A stretch of 64,000 bases of DNA from Antedon mediterranea (lineage: Eukaryota; Animalia; Echinodermata): the NCBI RefSeq assembly GCF_964355755.1, contig NC_092679.1, positions 12,631,432 to 12,695,431 of the forward strand, read 5' to 3'. The position numbers were made by a program, and so were the translations under genes. The notes below the pieces were generated by a model. That model searched no databases. It saw only the letters and a list, made by a program, of their open reading frames with translations, and had not been told where the DNA came from. Below, piece by piece: positions 13,850 through 27,479 of this stretch; the stretch's first letter is position 1; every line of letters begins with the position of its first letter.

Positions 13850-14012
13850 ACAAATAATGAATGTTTATGAGTGCAATGGTACAAATAATGGCACGAGGTG
13901 AATGATGAAAGGTTATATCAACGAGGCAAAGCCGAGTTGATATAACCTTTCATCATTCACCAAGTGCCATTATTTGTACCATTACACGAATACAAAACAT
14001 TCATTATTTGTT
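13850..14012. mobile_element. palindromic non-autonomous element (hairpin, ~75-bp arms)
   Basis: Inverted arms ...GAATGATGAAAGGTTATATCAAC / GTTGATATAACCTTTCATCATTC... around central CGAGGCAAAGCCGAG. Confidence 0.75.
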
Positions 14013-17000
14013 TTATATAACATCTAGGCGTTTTTTTTTCGTACACAAAAATGTTTCAAAAAGTACTATTTAACGATCATTGAATAGTGCGTACTATTGC
14101 ACGCCATGTGACCCACATTCGTCCAATCAAATGACAGGAATTTATATAGGTGTTATATAATGTTCATCTAGGCCTTAGCCACTAGGTGGTAAGATTTCAA
14201 CCTGACCATTTTTGAACAGGCATTGAAAACAGTGTGTCCAGAATAGAGGATTGTTCCCTTTTTTCAACCACTGCACCATATCATTTTCGGGGCTAATTAC
14301 ACTGGCCCTGGTGTGTAGCATAAAATAGTGACTTCTACCTCCTATTTCTTTGCTCTATGCTAAAAAGAACAAACGCTGTACTGTAGTTTTTTTTTAGCAT
14401 AATTACATTTATTTGGCTTAATTACAGCAATCATCAAAAGGCTAAAAATGCCTCAAGCCTCCAGCGTTAGAGGGCAACTCATCGTCCTTAAACCAGGGGC
14501 CTCAGGCCCTGTGTTACGCCACTGCTCGGGGAGATTTCACCAGGAAGGAAAACCTGGTGAGGTTGTTCCCGGAGAAGGAAGACAATATTTAACAAACAAT
14601 AAGTCAGAATTTAACTCTAACTAAATTAATCCTTGTATATAATAACAGGTTGTCTACTTTTGTTGTATATACGCAAACCATGATTTTGTAACTTGTCCGA
14701 ACAATTTAAGAATTTCTTATATAACATTTTTAGTTAAATGACTCTCAACAGAAAAAAGACCTGATGGCATTAACGTTTCCGCTCATAAATCCACAAATCC
14801 CCATAAAAGACTGTACAACCATTTAACTTAAGTGAACTGGAATCCTACTGGACAAATGAGAACATTTACCCCTACAGTATAATTAGTTTCAAGGAAGAAA
14901 GCTGATGAATACCAGAAACAATAATGGGAAAAAAAAATCAAAATTATATATTAAAATAATTCTATTTAGGACTGTATTTATTAACAGTGATTTCAAAATC
15001 ATTAATCCTTTACATTGAAAGTAATACTTCTTAGGTTTTTTAAACTTTAAAATGCAAATTTGTCTTTATAAAATATGAGAATTTAAATCTTTGAGTGATG
15101 TTAGCCATATTAATAACTAATTTATCTCATTATTCATGTTCTGTGGAGCCATTTGTAAGTCTAAGTCTTTAAAAACGATTAAAGTCTCTAAACATTGGAT
15201 TTAGAAGGCAAGCATGTTGTGTGCATACAGACATGCTGTACAATAAATCAAGACCTGTGTTTAGCTGAGTGCTTGATGTATTAAGACAGACGTCTTATAG
15301 AGTTTTAAAAATCTGATGATATGATAGTTGACTGGTAATAAATTTCTTTTTTTTTTCAAATTTGATGACAACCTAGACAAATACAGTGGGTTTCATGAAG
15401 TTCGATATATTTCAGTTAGGATAGGTTATTATTGTGTCACCAAATCAAACAGTATATTGACATTTGAAATCATTTTACTATTGATAATTTTAAGTACATT
15501 TGTGTCAGGGAGCTAGGTTAATTTGTCAGATGATTTGCCTTACACTGAATTAGAGAACACAAATAAATTTGTAAGCAGTTCTCGGGTGGGATCACTTTGC
15601 AGTAGTTTCATTTTTAAATTATCATCCTTTTTGTGCAGAAACTGTTGCTTCCTTGACCTAAAATCTAACCATAATGTAGCTGTCATCATAAGCCATGGTG
15701 TAGTGGTATGAATGTCAGGATGTGGATGTCGTTGTCGTTGGTTCAAGTCCCATCCAAGAAAGTAATTTAATTTAGACGTAAATGCAAACATTTTACCTAA
15801 CTAGTATACTGTTTTTTCCATTTATTGTCTGCTGTTTTTGTTGTGTCTATATCAAATTACTAATAGTAACCTACAAGTTTAGGTAGATTTTAGACTAAAT
15901 GGTTACTTCCACCTATGTTCTGCTTCAATTAATACAAATCTTGCGATCTGGCATGGATTATGCCCCAAAACAGTAATCAAACTTAATTTGTGGTGTCAAA
16001 AGTTGCACTAAGCAGGGCCTTAGTGACCAGATGGCTGGTAAGGATTCAGTCTAACCACTTTTTCACAGAGGCCTTTGACCACCAAGTGGCACCACTTTAT
16101 TTCTTTACTGCTAAGAGTAAATAAATACTGTGTCAAACTTATACCAAATATTAAGAATATATGTGCATGGGCATTGAGAGATTGCTTATATGCTCTATAT
16201 AGAACTATTATACTATTATTATTTTAATAAATTCTAGGAATATTGCCCCTTTCTGTATTTCCTCAAGTCTGTATCATCCACGGTCCACTGTATTTTATAG
16301 ACAAACATTAAACATTATTAATGCCATTAGAAGAACAGTTTAATATTTGTCAATGTTTGGCTAAATACTATGTCTAGACACTTCTCATAATTATCCCAAC
16401 AAATGCATATAAATCATTACCGTATTTTCTAACTATAGTAATCGGCACTTTAGTAATCAAATTTATCACCTGCTATAATACTAGTGAAAGGCATTTTGGA
16501 AGTGGTGAGAATTTAGGCCTTCATCCTCTAGTTATCGATAAAATTGTACATTGACATTTGTCTGAAAAAAACTCTGAATATAGTTCCACCACTGATGCAG
16601 TTGAACAGTCCCCATTGTCTCAAACAAATTGGAAAAGTTGAACAGGGTTCAAGTCTGCTTATTTGCTGCGAAGAATCATACCCACTGATCAATCACACGT
16701 CAAGTTAAATCGATGTCACTAGAATATCAGTTATTAGGTTGTATATGCGGTGTAGAATAGAGAGGGTTTACGTCGCTACATACTCTTGCAAGCTGACCGT
16801 TGACATGCATCAGCGAATATTACAGATATGTTTGACGATTTTATGGAAACCTGTCTTTATTCAAACAGAGTGCTTTTATTTGTAAAGGACAATTATTATT
16901 AAAACTATATTGTTATCAAAAATAAAACCTTTTATATCAAAATTTACAAGAATAGAGAAAATCTAATCCACCCGGTGATATACTGGAAATTAATATATTT

Positions 17001-18508
17001 ACTTAATATATGTAAAATAAGAATAGTAAATGGTCTCATTAGGTATAATCTCATCTCATCTTAGAGGGGCACAAGTTTAAGTTTTGCGGTTGAATAATAT
17101 TGTAGTGTTTTATGTCTACATTAGCTATGGTAGAAGTAAGATTCATGTCAATTTTATACTTTTGTGTCACACCTTCATAATTAATTAATTTGCACTACAT
17201 TGTATCATTACACAGCTTATTTCACTACTAACAACTTCATACATGCAATTTGTATATATTTACTATTAAGTGCAAAATAATAGTGTTTTTAATAGTGTTC
17301 ACATTGAAATGCGGCTATTGCTTTTAAAAAAACACAATGAAATTGTTATTGCTTTAAAAATAATTTTTGAATGATAATTTAATGTGTTGTATACATATTT
17401 TTATGTGAAACAGTGGCATATCCAGAATTGTGAAATAGGGGCCCAGGGTCTAACAATGTAATATATATATATAGTAAACTAATGTCCTAACTTTTGCATT
17501 GTAATTTAAAAAGATAGTTGTGGGGATATCCCCAGTGGGTTAGATCCCCATGTTTTGTATGCTACATGTACTGTACAACAATAATAATAATTTAGAAAGA
17601 TGCTTCTGCAAGAATTGAATCCAAACTTACAGGGTATATTAAGATGTGTATGTCATCTACACTAGAACACTGTGAAATAAGATTTCATCAAAATAGTTAA
17701 TGCAATTTTGCTGTTTTTATACTGGCAAAAAATTGTACCCAATTATTATTCTCTGGTGTTTTCAAAGAAAATTATGTTTTGTACTACCACATAATTTTCT
17801 ATTAATTAAGTTTTAACATAGAAAAAATATGTGTTTTTTTGTATAACTCTCTTCAATTGTTGTTTAATTGACTAATAATTTGAGGACTAGTAGAGTTATC
17901 TTGAATTTTAGCCTTTATTTGAAATATTTCGTATAAAAAATTCATGACAAAGAGTACATCTCAGGGTAAGGTGTGACAAATGTATATTGTATGTTTTATT
18001 CTTGAAATATTTATAGTATATATTAGTTTTGTTGTTTTGTTAATTTTTATGTGAAATATTTGCCACATCATTTAATTGAATATTGTTGAAAGCATTTTTA
18101 AGTATTTATTTTCATAATAATAATTTCTAATTTGGCCATTTGAAGTTATGGCATTAAATTGAATTCTCAAAAACATTCTTAATATGAAATATGTAATTTA
18201 TACATTGACAAAAATTATAATTATATTATTAATGATGAAAATGATGTGTCTTTATTTCATATTTTCTTTTCTGTAATTTTAGAATAAATACATTGATTTT
18301 TAGTTGATTTTATGTTGTTTTAATTTCATTTCAGATTTCTTTCTAAAAATGTTAATGTTTTTTTTATTATTTAATTTGTTTGAAACTTTTATTATATAAC
18401 CTTTATTAGTTTACTTTACTGTAATATATGTGATTTTCATTAATACTCTGTATTTTATTTTTTTATAACCATAGGAATTGATCAACAATTTCACTATTTT
18501 TTCTTCAG

Positions 18509-19267
18509 AACTTCTACGTGTATCAACAAAGATTCTTGACTTTAGGTTTATTGAGCTGGGAATGAACTCACGGCTTGACTCGAGTGATGCAAGGATTCCG
18601 TTCATTGGACTTATCGATCAGTTTGTGTTTAACAGTAGAGATTACATAGATTTGGCTAGTGGTGATCCCGTCGACGATATGGTCATCCGACGTACTGCAT
18701 CTTTCAGTTCTTCTATCGACAGTCGGACAATACGAAATCCAATTACATTCAAGACTAAAAATTCATACCTGATACTACCGTCACCAAATACATACCCAAG
18801 CCTCAGCATTTTCTTTCACTTTCGTACGATGGAACCTAATGGTTTGATGATGCTTAACCAAGGAGATGGCAAAGACTTCATTGCTGTTGAGATGTACAAC
18901 GGATATCTTCATTATCTGTATAATTTCGGAGACCAACCGGTCACTTTGAGAGCAAACTCACCAGGACCTCTAAATGATAATAAATGGCACGAAGTTTACA
19001 TTTCAAGTAATATTGTGACACGTTTTAAAGTTGATAACTCGGTCAGAAGCAAGGTTTATTCTTCACCTTTACGTCGATTAAATCTAATTGAAAACGTATA
19101 TTTTGGCGGTGTTGAGAGGGCGAAGTACAATTCATTGCCAGAAAATATTCGATCAAGGGACGGATACCATGGTTGTTTTGCCTCACTAGAGTTCAATGGC
19201 CATTTCAAGGATATGTTTACTTATTCTTTATCTCCAATTCCAGAAACAGTCGTCAGGGGTTGTAGTG
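18509..19267 (+). CDS. NRXN: neurexin exon, end of LNS4 and LNS5
   Basis: ttcag|AACTT...TGTAGTG|gtaaat; PITFKTKNSYL, FHFRTMEPNG, DFIAVEM, LNDNKWH, GYHGCFASL. Confidence 0.95.
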
Positions 19268-19373
19268 GTAAATATTATTTTCTTACTGAAATATTACAAT
19301 AAAGTGTTTATTTGTAAAGTGAAGAGGCTTAGCATTAAACTTTATTAAACTAATCGAAATTGTTTCTTTTCAG

Positions 19374-19493
19374 CCCGAGTGGTAGAATGTACTGATGATC
19401 TTTGTCTGAACGGTGGTAAATGTATTGAAGGTTGGGAAAATGTTTACTGTGAATGTGATGCAACAAGTTACCAGGGAGATCGATGTCAAGAAG
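19374..19493 (+). CDS. NRXN: neurexin exon, EGF3
   Basis: CTDDLCLNGGKCIEGWENVYCECDATSYQGDRC; AG/GT boundaries, phase 1-1. Confidence 0.93.
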
Positions 19494-19785
19494 GTATAAA
19501 AGTTAAATAATATGACAATGCATGGCAATTACAGGCCTATATGTTAAGCATCCATTTTCAAAATAAACTATTAATTTGATTTAATTAATATTCATTTTTT
19601 GTGGGGGGGGGGGGGGGTACAATACATCTTTAAAGGAAAAATATGAAAACGATTATGAAATTCCCGGTCCTGGACTATTACACATTTCTACAGCAACATT
19701 CTTATATTTGAATAGATCCATAGATTGACCCTTAATTTAACATTGATTAGGTTGATTTTGAAGTTTATAAAATTGTTATTTCCAG

Positions 19786-19964
19786 CTGGTACAACATACA
19801 TGTTTGGAAGCTATGGTGGTCTTATTAGCCTTGAGTTTACATCTAGCGATTGGGAGTCGACAGAGGAAGATGCTATAACATTTGGGTTTGCAACCTACTC
19901 CGAAAATGCTGTGCTGATGAGGGTTGAAAGCGCAACTCAAACTGATTATATTGAGATAAATTTG
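19786..19964 (+). CDS. NRXN: neurexin exon, LNS6 part 1
   Basis: AGTTYMFGSYGGLI...DAITFGFAT...DYIEINL; tccag|...|gtaatg. Confidence 0.93.
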
Positions 19965-20180
19965 GTAATGTCATTTGCTAGCTTCTTAAAATACCATTGG
20001 CTCAAATTTGCGAGATTTCCATTTTAACAAAAACTTAGATATAGACCCACAATCTGATGTACTCTGTGAAAAACGTATGCGCATAGAGGAAAATATGCTA
20101 GTGGATATATGTGCATCGTCTATTTCATGTCATACTTAGTATATAGGCCTATATATCATATTTTTTTTCTTTTTTGACAG

Positions 20181-20358
20181 AGTGATGGTATTGTAGTTGC
20201 AGTATATAAGTTAGGTCCAGGATCAGAAAATGTAATACCAACATCTGTAAATAAAAAATTCAATGATGGATCATTACATGTTGTTCGATTCTATCGTAAA
20301 GGAGGAAACACAACACTTATCATGGACCAAATTGACAACTATAGTCACACAGTACCAG
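20181..20358 (+). CDS. NRXN: neurexin exon, LNS6 part 2
   Basis: SDGIVVAVYKLG...FNDGSLHVVRFYRKGGNTTL; gacag|...|gtaggt. Confidence 0.93.
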
Positions 20359-20752
20359 GTAGGTCATAAGTCATTTTTAATAAAAATGTTTTTGGTGGTT
20401 TGTAATTTTATGGCAATAATTACTGTAGTAGATTATTAAGTATGGATAATTTATTTATTTTCATTACAAATTTAAAAACAAAATTATGAGCTGCAATCAA
20501 TTTTATTCATACTCGAAAATAGATAATATTCTCTTTAGTAATATTAATGCCGATATATTATAACAAACAATAGACTCACCTCAATACATAGTTCGTCATA
20601 CAGCCATTCCGAAAAAATATAGAAGTTCTAGAATAAGGAAAATGTCTGTCTCAACCAAATATGTAAAAATATGTGTAAAGGTTTGAAAACACTCCCCTGT
20701 ATCCGCTCCTGTGTATGGTATTTTTTATAATCTCATGCCATCAACTTTGCAG

Positions 20753-20914
20753 CATCTGATGCCACTGTGTTTGATGATCAAGCTAAGATATACATTGGAG
20801 GTCAGGTCTACAAAGAAGGACGCAGGAAACGACGACAAGTTGATACTGTTTTTGTTGGACTATTATCAGGAGCACGATTGAACAAAATTAAACCATTGGA
20901 GTTGGCAGAATCAG
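20753..20914 (+). CDS. NRXN: neurexin exon, LNS6 part 3
   Basis: ASDATVFDDQAKIYIGG...FVGLLSG; tgcag|...|gtaata. Confidence 0.92.
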
Positions 20915-21296
20915 GTAATATATCAGAATTTTGTTTTATCAGGCACATTTCTTTGACATATCTTAACAGTATTCCTACATTAGCAGTCCAGGGGCATTCA
21001 TAGGGTTCGAAAAAAAAAACCCTTTCCTTAAAGTACCCTTTTCAAACAAAATACCAGCAGTGAAAGTTCTAATAAATGGGCATAACTCCGCTCGTCACAG
21101 TTTTTTTACCAATCCTGCACTACCTATAGCCAGCAGACAAATAATTTTTACCTAGGTAAGCCTAAATATCGTTTCTTCAGTTAGTTACCTTTTTCTCTAT
21201 TTGTGGAAAAAAAGAACCCCTGTAAAAATCCTGGCTTAGCCGTAATGGGCCTGAATATATAATGTTTAACAAAATGTTAAATGTTGTTTCTTTTAG

Positions 21297-21421
21297 GTCA
21301 CCCTAGAACTTCAATCCAGGGAAATGTTACTTTAATTGAAAATCCAACAGAGTTTCTGAAAAATTCTTTTATAATACCAACACCGGTGTCACTAGCAGGC
21401 AAGCAGATATCAACTACAAAT
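21297..21421 (+). CDS. NRXN: neurexin exon, end of LNS6 / stalk
   Basis: GHPRTSIQGNVTL...STTN; tttag|...|gtaagt. Confidence 0.88.
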
Positions 21422-22614
21422 GTAAGTTATAATCCTAATCAGAATAACTTATGGTTTTCCTAATATTCAAGTATTTTGCAAGCTTAGGCTGAAACAATGA
21501 ATGCAAATGATACAATTAGATGCGAACATAAGATTTGTAAGATACGATTGTAAAGGCAGTCCTTTACATTAAGTTTCGGAAGTCTGCTGATATTCACAAA
21601 ATGCAAGATTTCTCAACTTTTTTTTTTGATATACAAAAAAAAACTATAAATAAATAAAATTTAATCGATGTTTCAGAACCAACATGGAACCATTCTTAAG
21701 AACAAATTAATAAATTAACTAAACAAAATACAAAGCACCAAAGGTTGACAGGAAATACATAAACAATTACAGTAGTAACAAAGACTGAAATATCCCTCCT
21801 CTCGTTATTAAGCAATTTTGCTTTGATTTGTTTAGAGACGGTTTCAACCCAAAGAATTTCTTTAATTAAGCAATCAAATTTAGATTTGCACTTAGACAAT
21901 ACTGTAATTGTAACTTTGATCTACATTTTTAACCAGCATAACAAAAAAAAACTGATATCATGATTACTTAGACGTTCTCCTATGATACCTTTATTGCGTT
22001 CATTAATGCGTTGATAAAGATGCCAACAAGTATAGCTGACATAGCTTACATCACACCACACCACATTGAAAATTGTACACAACGCATTGGTTAACAAGTT
22101 TGGGTTTCCTTTCTGTTGATTTTAAGATTTTGACTGGCATGATTTCATAATTTAACTTACAACTAAGTTGTCTGAGTTGTTTAGTTTAGTTATTCTAAAA
22201 CTACATTGACACTTATGTTCCATTTCATGGAATGGAAGATAGCGCTGTTCATTTTATTTTATATAACAAACCAGATGAATATTTACAATCCTGGCATTAT
22301 ATCTGTTGTTTGTTGATTCCCATGATGTTTTTAAATAATACTCCTTGTTCTGTATCTGTATTTAGTAAGCCCATTTGTAAAATAGAAAAGCAGAAGATAA
22401 TTATCAAATCTATCGATAAAGTTGGCTTTAGATAAATTTCATCTAGCAATAGCAAAGAAAAACAGTAAAATCGTTTTGCTTCATCAATTTTTATCATTTT
22501 TATTGATATTTTATGCAGATCTATTCACACTTTCATTACAAGATTATAAAGCCATCATCATTATTCTTGTTTTTAAATGGAAAAATATTCATCTTGTATC
22601 TTTTGAATTACCAG

Positions 22615-22711
22615 AATCCTGTGCAGAATTCACCTACGGTAACCACAGATATTTTTTTCTCAAATGTTGAATGTAACGATGATGAGGAATGTGAAACTAC
22701 CAGTGGATCAG
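22615..22711 (+). CDS. NRXN: neurexin exon, stalk with cysteine loop
   Basis: TTDIFFSNVECNDDEECETTSGSG resembles the neurexin CysL motif; accag|...|gtaaca. Confidence 0.88.
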
Positions 22712-23789
22712 GTAACAATACAATTACAATACGATCTTTGTATGAATTTCTTAAACTTTTATTTCAACTCTTTCATTTGTGCACTGTTGAGAAACATACC
22801 ACTTAAAGAACAGGTACAGGCATGAATTTTAAATATAATATCTGGTTAATTGTATCAAATATTTGTAACAGAAATCAAGACGAAAAATCATGAATTTCCC
22901 TTAATATGGTCAAATACAAAATTTGGCAAAATTCTGCCATAAAAACCAGGAAAACCTTTTTTCAGTAGTTAGGTAGTTTAACCTAATGTAATAACATGTC
23001 TAGTGACTCCCTAAAAGGTGAAAAAAGATGGTGGATATACGATGGATAATTTTTGATATACAGTAGCATGAAAATAAAAATCTGATTTTGAATAAAAATA
23101 CCATAAATGTAAAATTCAAGTTATATTACCTATATTTAGTCATCTGATAACATTTTTTACCACACCGTTTATTTTTCACCACACCGTTTATTTTTCATAG
23201 CTTTTTAAAATGCCTCTCTATTTACAAAATTTGTGTACAAAAGAATAGAGATTTTACTGTGTAATTTGAACTATCCCACCACTGATAAGAAATTGCTTAT
23301 TTTCAACAAGCTCCTGTAACACAAATAAAATCCCAAAAATTATGAAACAAAGGGGAAACTATAGATTTAGACCGGCAGCCCAGAGACATTTGGTTAGATG
23401 AGCTAGGTACCAATATCTGACTATTTGAGTGTGTTGGGGGTCACTTGAAGTGAATGAAAATGGGAGTCTGCCGGGTACCCCCTGCTGCGTCTAGACCGGG
23501 GGGACCCCGAAACGTGCTAAAAAATCGGCACAGGTTAGATGAGAGAGATACCACCTAATTTTACCACCATGGGATGCCCATTGGCATCCTTATAACAGTA
23601 TCACAAACGACAGACTTTTTCTCTGCTGCAAAAGGCCCGCCAGACCCCCCGAGGGAGGGCCTAAAATGGGGTTAGCATAGATGAGTGAGGTACCACTCAA
23701 AATCAATTGCAAACGAACAAGTTGTGTTCATACAATACTAAATGGATAACAACACACTAATTGTCTGCTGCACCGCAAGTGCCAGACAC

Positions 23790-24330
23790 CCTAAAGTTAG
23801 ACTAGAGGCCCCCCTTCCCCCAACTAACCCAGCTTAGATATTGTAGATACCACCAGCAACCAATGTTATATGATTTAGCACATTGTAAGCAATACCAAAT
23901 GACCTATTACAGACTATCTGAACACTGCCCTGGCCCTGGCAGACCCCTCTAAAGTTAGACTAGAGACCCTCTTTCCCCAACTAGCCCAGCTTAGATATTG
24001 TAGATACCACCAGCAACCAATGTTATATGATTTAGCACATTGTAAGCAATCACCAAATGACCTATTACAAACTATCTGTACACTGCCTTGACCCTGGCAG
24101 ACCCCTCTAAAGTTCGACTAGAGACTCCATTCCCCCAACTGGCCTAGCTTAGATATTGTTGATACCACCAGCAACCAATGTTATAATTATGATTTAGCAC
24201 ATTGTAAGCAATACAAAATGACCTATAACAGACTATCTGTACACTGCCTTGGCACTGGCAGACCCCTCTAAAGTTCCCCCATTTACCCCAAGTATATAGC
24301 CTACCTTAGATATTGTAGATACCACCAGCA
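23790..24330. repeat. ~159-bp tandem array inside the left arm (mirrored at ~28075-28620)
   Basis: CTAAAGTT unit starts recur near 23790, 23949, 24107, 24268. Confidence 0.9.
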
Positions 24331-24868
24331 GCAACAAAATAACCACCCAAAACAACATGTTTAATTGAATAAAGTTTAACTTTAATCGAACTAACACAAA
24401 ACAATTGAAAATATATCACATCAATGACGATAAAATGACCATTACCATTCTAAAGGGGAAAATAGTTTAAGAGTTTCAATTAAAACTTATATATTATAAG
24501 CCAAATATATATAACAAGTATGGATTCGGGTAAATTTAGCATCCCTTGCCTTTGGATGTCAAAGATACATCCGTCTGTAACTCTTGGACATATTTTGAGA
24601 GAAAGCTTAGTAATCACCCTAATCAAATTCAGGATTGTAGTAACTTAATCTTAAGTGATTTGATTAATTAATAGTGGGTAATTTTAAATGCTGTATATTA
24701 TAATCTTAATCCTGTATTCATATGTATATATATATATTTATAAATCCAAAGGCAAATTACTGAAAAAATGACAATGCTGTGGGTATCAGTGGCTGGATCT
24801 CAATGGAGATACAAAAAAAAAAGCGAAAAGCTAAATCAAAACGATAAAGTAAACAGCCAGAAAAGTTA

Positions 24869-24905
24869 GCAGAGCTTTCGCGCAACACTAGCCCTTCATC
24901 AGTGC
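24869..24905 (-). ncRNA. minimal type I hammerhead ribozyme in inverted pLTR
   Basis: Minus strand GCA-CTGATGA-A-GGGC tagtgtt GCGC-GAAA-GCTC-TGC; intact core, one stem II mismatch. Confidence 0.7.
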
Positions 24906-24995
24906 AAGTCTTATATAGATGCGTTGAGGCTGCAAACGTGCTCAATTGGAATCAAGAGCGAATATATATTTTTATAAAGTAGATGGAACACGGAC

Positions 24996-25038
24996 GTCTA
25001 TTACACGGTGTTTCACGTTAAACGATCTTCAGATAGAC
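24996..25038 (-). ncRNA. second type I hammerhead-like motif
   Basis: Minus strand GTCTAT-CTGAAGA-tCGTttaACGt-GAAACAccgTGTA-ATAGAC; 6-bp stem I, GUA cleavage triplet, non-canonical base of stem II. Confidence 0.55.
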
Positions 25039-27209
25039 TTAACAATACCGTATCTCGATCGAAAAAAATATATAAAAAAAAATTATAAATATATATTATT
25101 TTTTTTTATGTACTTTATTTATGTAGATATGTAGTACTCTATCTATTAAAAAAGGTATTTGAACAAAATTAGAGATCTCAATGAGATCCAAATTGACAAT
25201 TGCCGCAAAATCCTCACTGAGTTTGACGTTGAAATTCACTCTAGAACTAAGAAGTTGAAAAGAGAACTTCCTGCATCCTAGTTTCAAAACAAATTCAGGA
25301 TTATCGCCAATGACTGCCGTAAACAATCAACGGTAATGGCCCGAAGGGAACATCACAAATTTGGTCTACCATGCAGACTTGGTCATTTCAAAACAAATGA
25401 CTCTACCTTCGGATGACTTCAGGGCTTTTAGGAAACCCTGCAGAAGGTTCGTTGGGACATATAACAAGAATCAGAGCAACACCTCTGATTCAGTTGTTGA
25501 AATTAATTGTCGACTTTCCGAAGGAGAGAAAAAACTTCCTTCCCGAGGACTTAAATTCTGCCCAAAACCAAGGCAGGTCGGCGCACAACAACTATCTTTG
25601 GATATAGAGTCTTTTTCTAGAAGATTACGATTACGTGAATATTTTGCTGATTCAGACAGCAGCACCACGCAAAACGAAGGCAACGTTAACAAATTTAAAC
25701 CAAAAAGTTCCTGGAATTCACCTAAAAATCGTTGTCCAGCTTTAGAAACATTTATCCAGGCTATTGAGGAGGATGTACAAAACTACATCCCGAGTCCAGA
25801 TAAACGTGACAATCTCAAAACAAGAGAGGCAGGCCATTGCCAAATTGCGTCAGCGTAATGATATCATCATTAAACCCGCTGATAAAGGTTCTGCCACTGT
25901 TGCTATGTACATCAAATTTTATTAAGAGGAATCCTTAAGACAGCTTCATTATATATCGTAAACTCACAACGGAACCCACCCCGGAAATTGCGGATAAGGT
26001 GGCAAAATCTATTTCTGTGATGGTAAAAAAAAACACTCCATCGATCCTAAGATTTACAGTTACCAAATCCACTAAGTAGCGTTGATTTTGTGGACACTAT
26101 AGTGACCATAGAAAATGGTACTCTCAAAACTGACCTATTCCGTAAATCCACTGATAAAAATATGTACCTGCTCCCTAGCAGTTGTCATCCCCAACATTGT
26201 ACTAAAAACATACCGAACAGTAAAGCATTACCTATCAGACGTATCTGTTCTTCAGATTTAGATTTTCAGAATCGTACCGAAGAACTAACCGGACATCTCC
26301 GGAGTAGAAATTACAAACCTATCAACCTAGGTTGCCTCCATTACGGGGCTATTAATTTATTGAGAAACATATGCCCATTCTACAGTCCACAGAACGTCTC
26401 AGGACTGTTTTTCCGGAACCACCCATTATTGCATTTCGTAGACCTCCCAACCTTCGTGATATATTAGTCAGATCCAAATGTAAGAGTGAAATTAACTCTC
26501 ATGACAGTCAAAATTTGGGCAGTCACCTTTGCGGCAAATCTTGCAAAACTTGTTCATTGGTTGATTCTACTGAAAAATGTAAGAGTAACCAAACTGGCCG
26601 CATTTTTCGGATAAGACAATCCGCCACTTACAGCTTGGTTTAACAGATACAAAACAATTACAACAACTCAGAAACACTAAAATTACGACGAAACAGATAA
26701 AGATTGGAATTTAAAATGTCAATATGGGGATGGGCCTGGACTAAACTATTATAATATAAACTTAATCTACTGATGTAACCACTTTTGAGAACATTGACTC
26801 TACAAAAGGGAACACAAAGGATACTATTGTTTCTTAAATTACGGGCGGGAACACGAATACCGAAATAGGTAGGTGTTTGTGGCAAACAGTACGTCGGAGA
26901 AACAAAAAACACTCTCCGTATGAGAATGACACAACACAGATCAGCTATCAACACATTAAAGCTTGTTCAACCTGTAGCCGAACATTTTAATTCATCTGGT
27001 CACTCGATAACAAATTTCAGAGTTATTGCAATATTCCATGTGTCAAATGGAGCGACAAAACTTGCAAAGACAAGGAAAACCACTGGGAATTACAACTTAA
27101 AACCACAAAACCTTTTGTACTTAACATTAGAAACATACTCCCAGGTTGGTAAAATTATTCCATTGTCTACCTAAATTTAAGTTTCAATATTAACCACCAT
27201 TTAAGCTGT

Positions 27210-27333
27210 TTTTAGTCGCGTGGACGCGACTCTATAGTTCACTATGTCGGCGGTCGGTCGGTCTGTCGGTCTGTCTGTCGGTCCGGTATCACTATGCGTT
27301 TTAGCACGCGACTTATGGCTGTTGGCCATGTTT
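27210..27333. mobile_element. short DINE/HINE-like (Helentron-associated) element nested in the Penelope 3' region
   Basis: T-rich flanks, AGTCGCGTG...CACGCGACT subterminal inverted repeat, (GTCG/GTCT)n microsatellite, 3' stem-loop. Confidence 0.6.
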
Positions 27334-27479
27334 AGTTTCATTCCAAAATTGTTTATACTGTATCTCTACCAAGCTACCTTCTTTGTTTTCTACTCTTATT
27401 CAGACTCCACCCTGTCTCCTTTTGTTGTATTTCTTTTATTCCTGTCCACCCAGGCAGCACTTGCCAGCTCTTATCCTTC

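Larger units (their letters stand above)
23367..24909. repeat. left arm of ~1.55-kb inverted repeat
   Basis: Reverse complement of 27480-29045; begins TTAGACCGGCAGCCCAGAG. Confidence 0.95.

Noticed and set aside
19494-19785. beta-neurexin-specific first exon/promoter
   Set aside because: The intron is under 300 nt with no signal-peptide exon or donor evident
20359-20752. Vertebrate-type SS4 alternative exon at the equivalent intron position
   Set aside because: No open, splice-site-bounded ~90-nt exon visible in this ~390-nt intron
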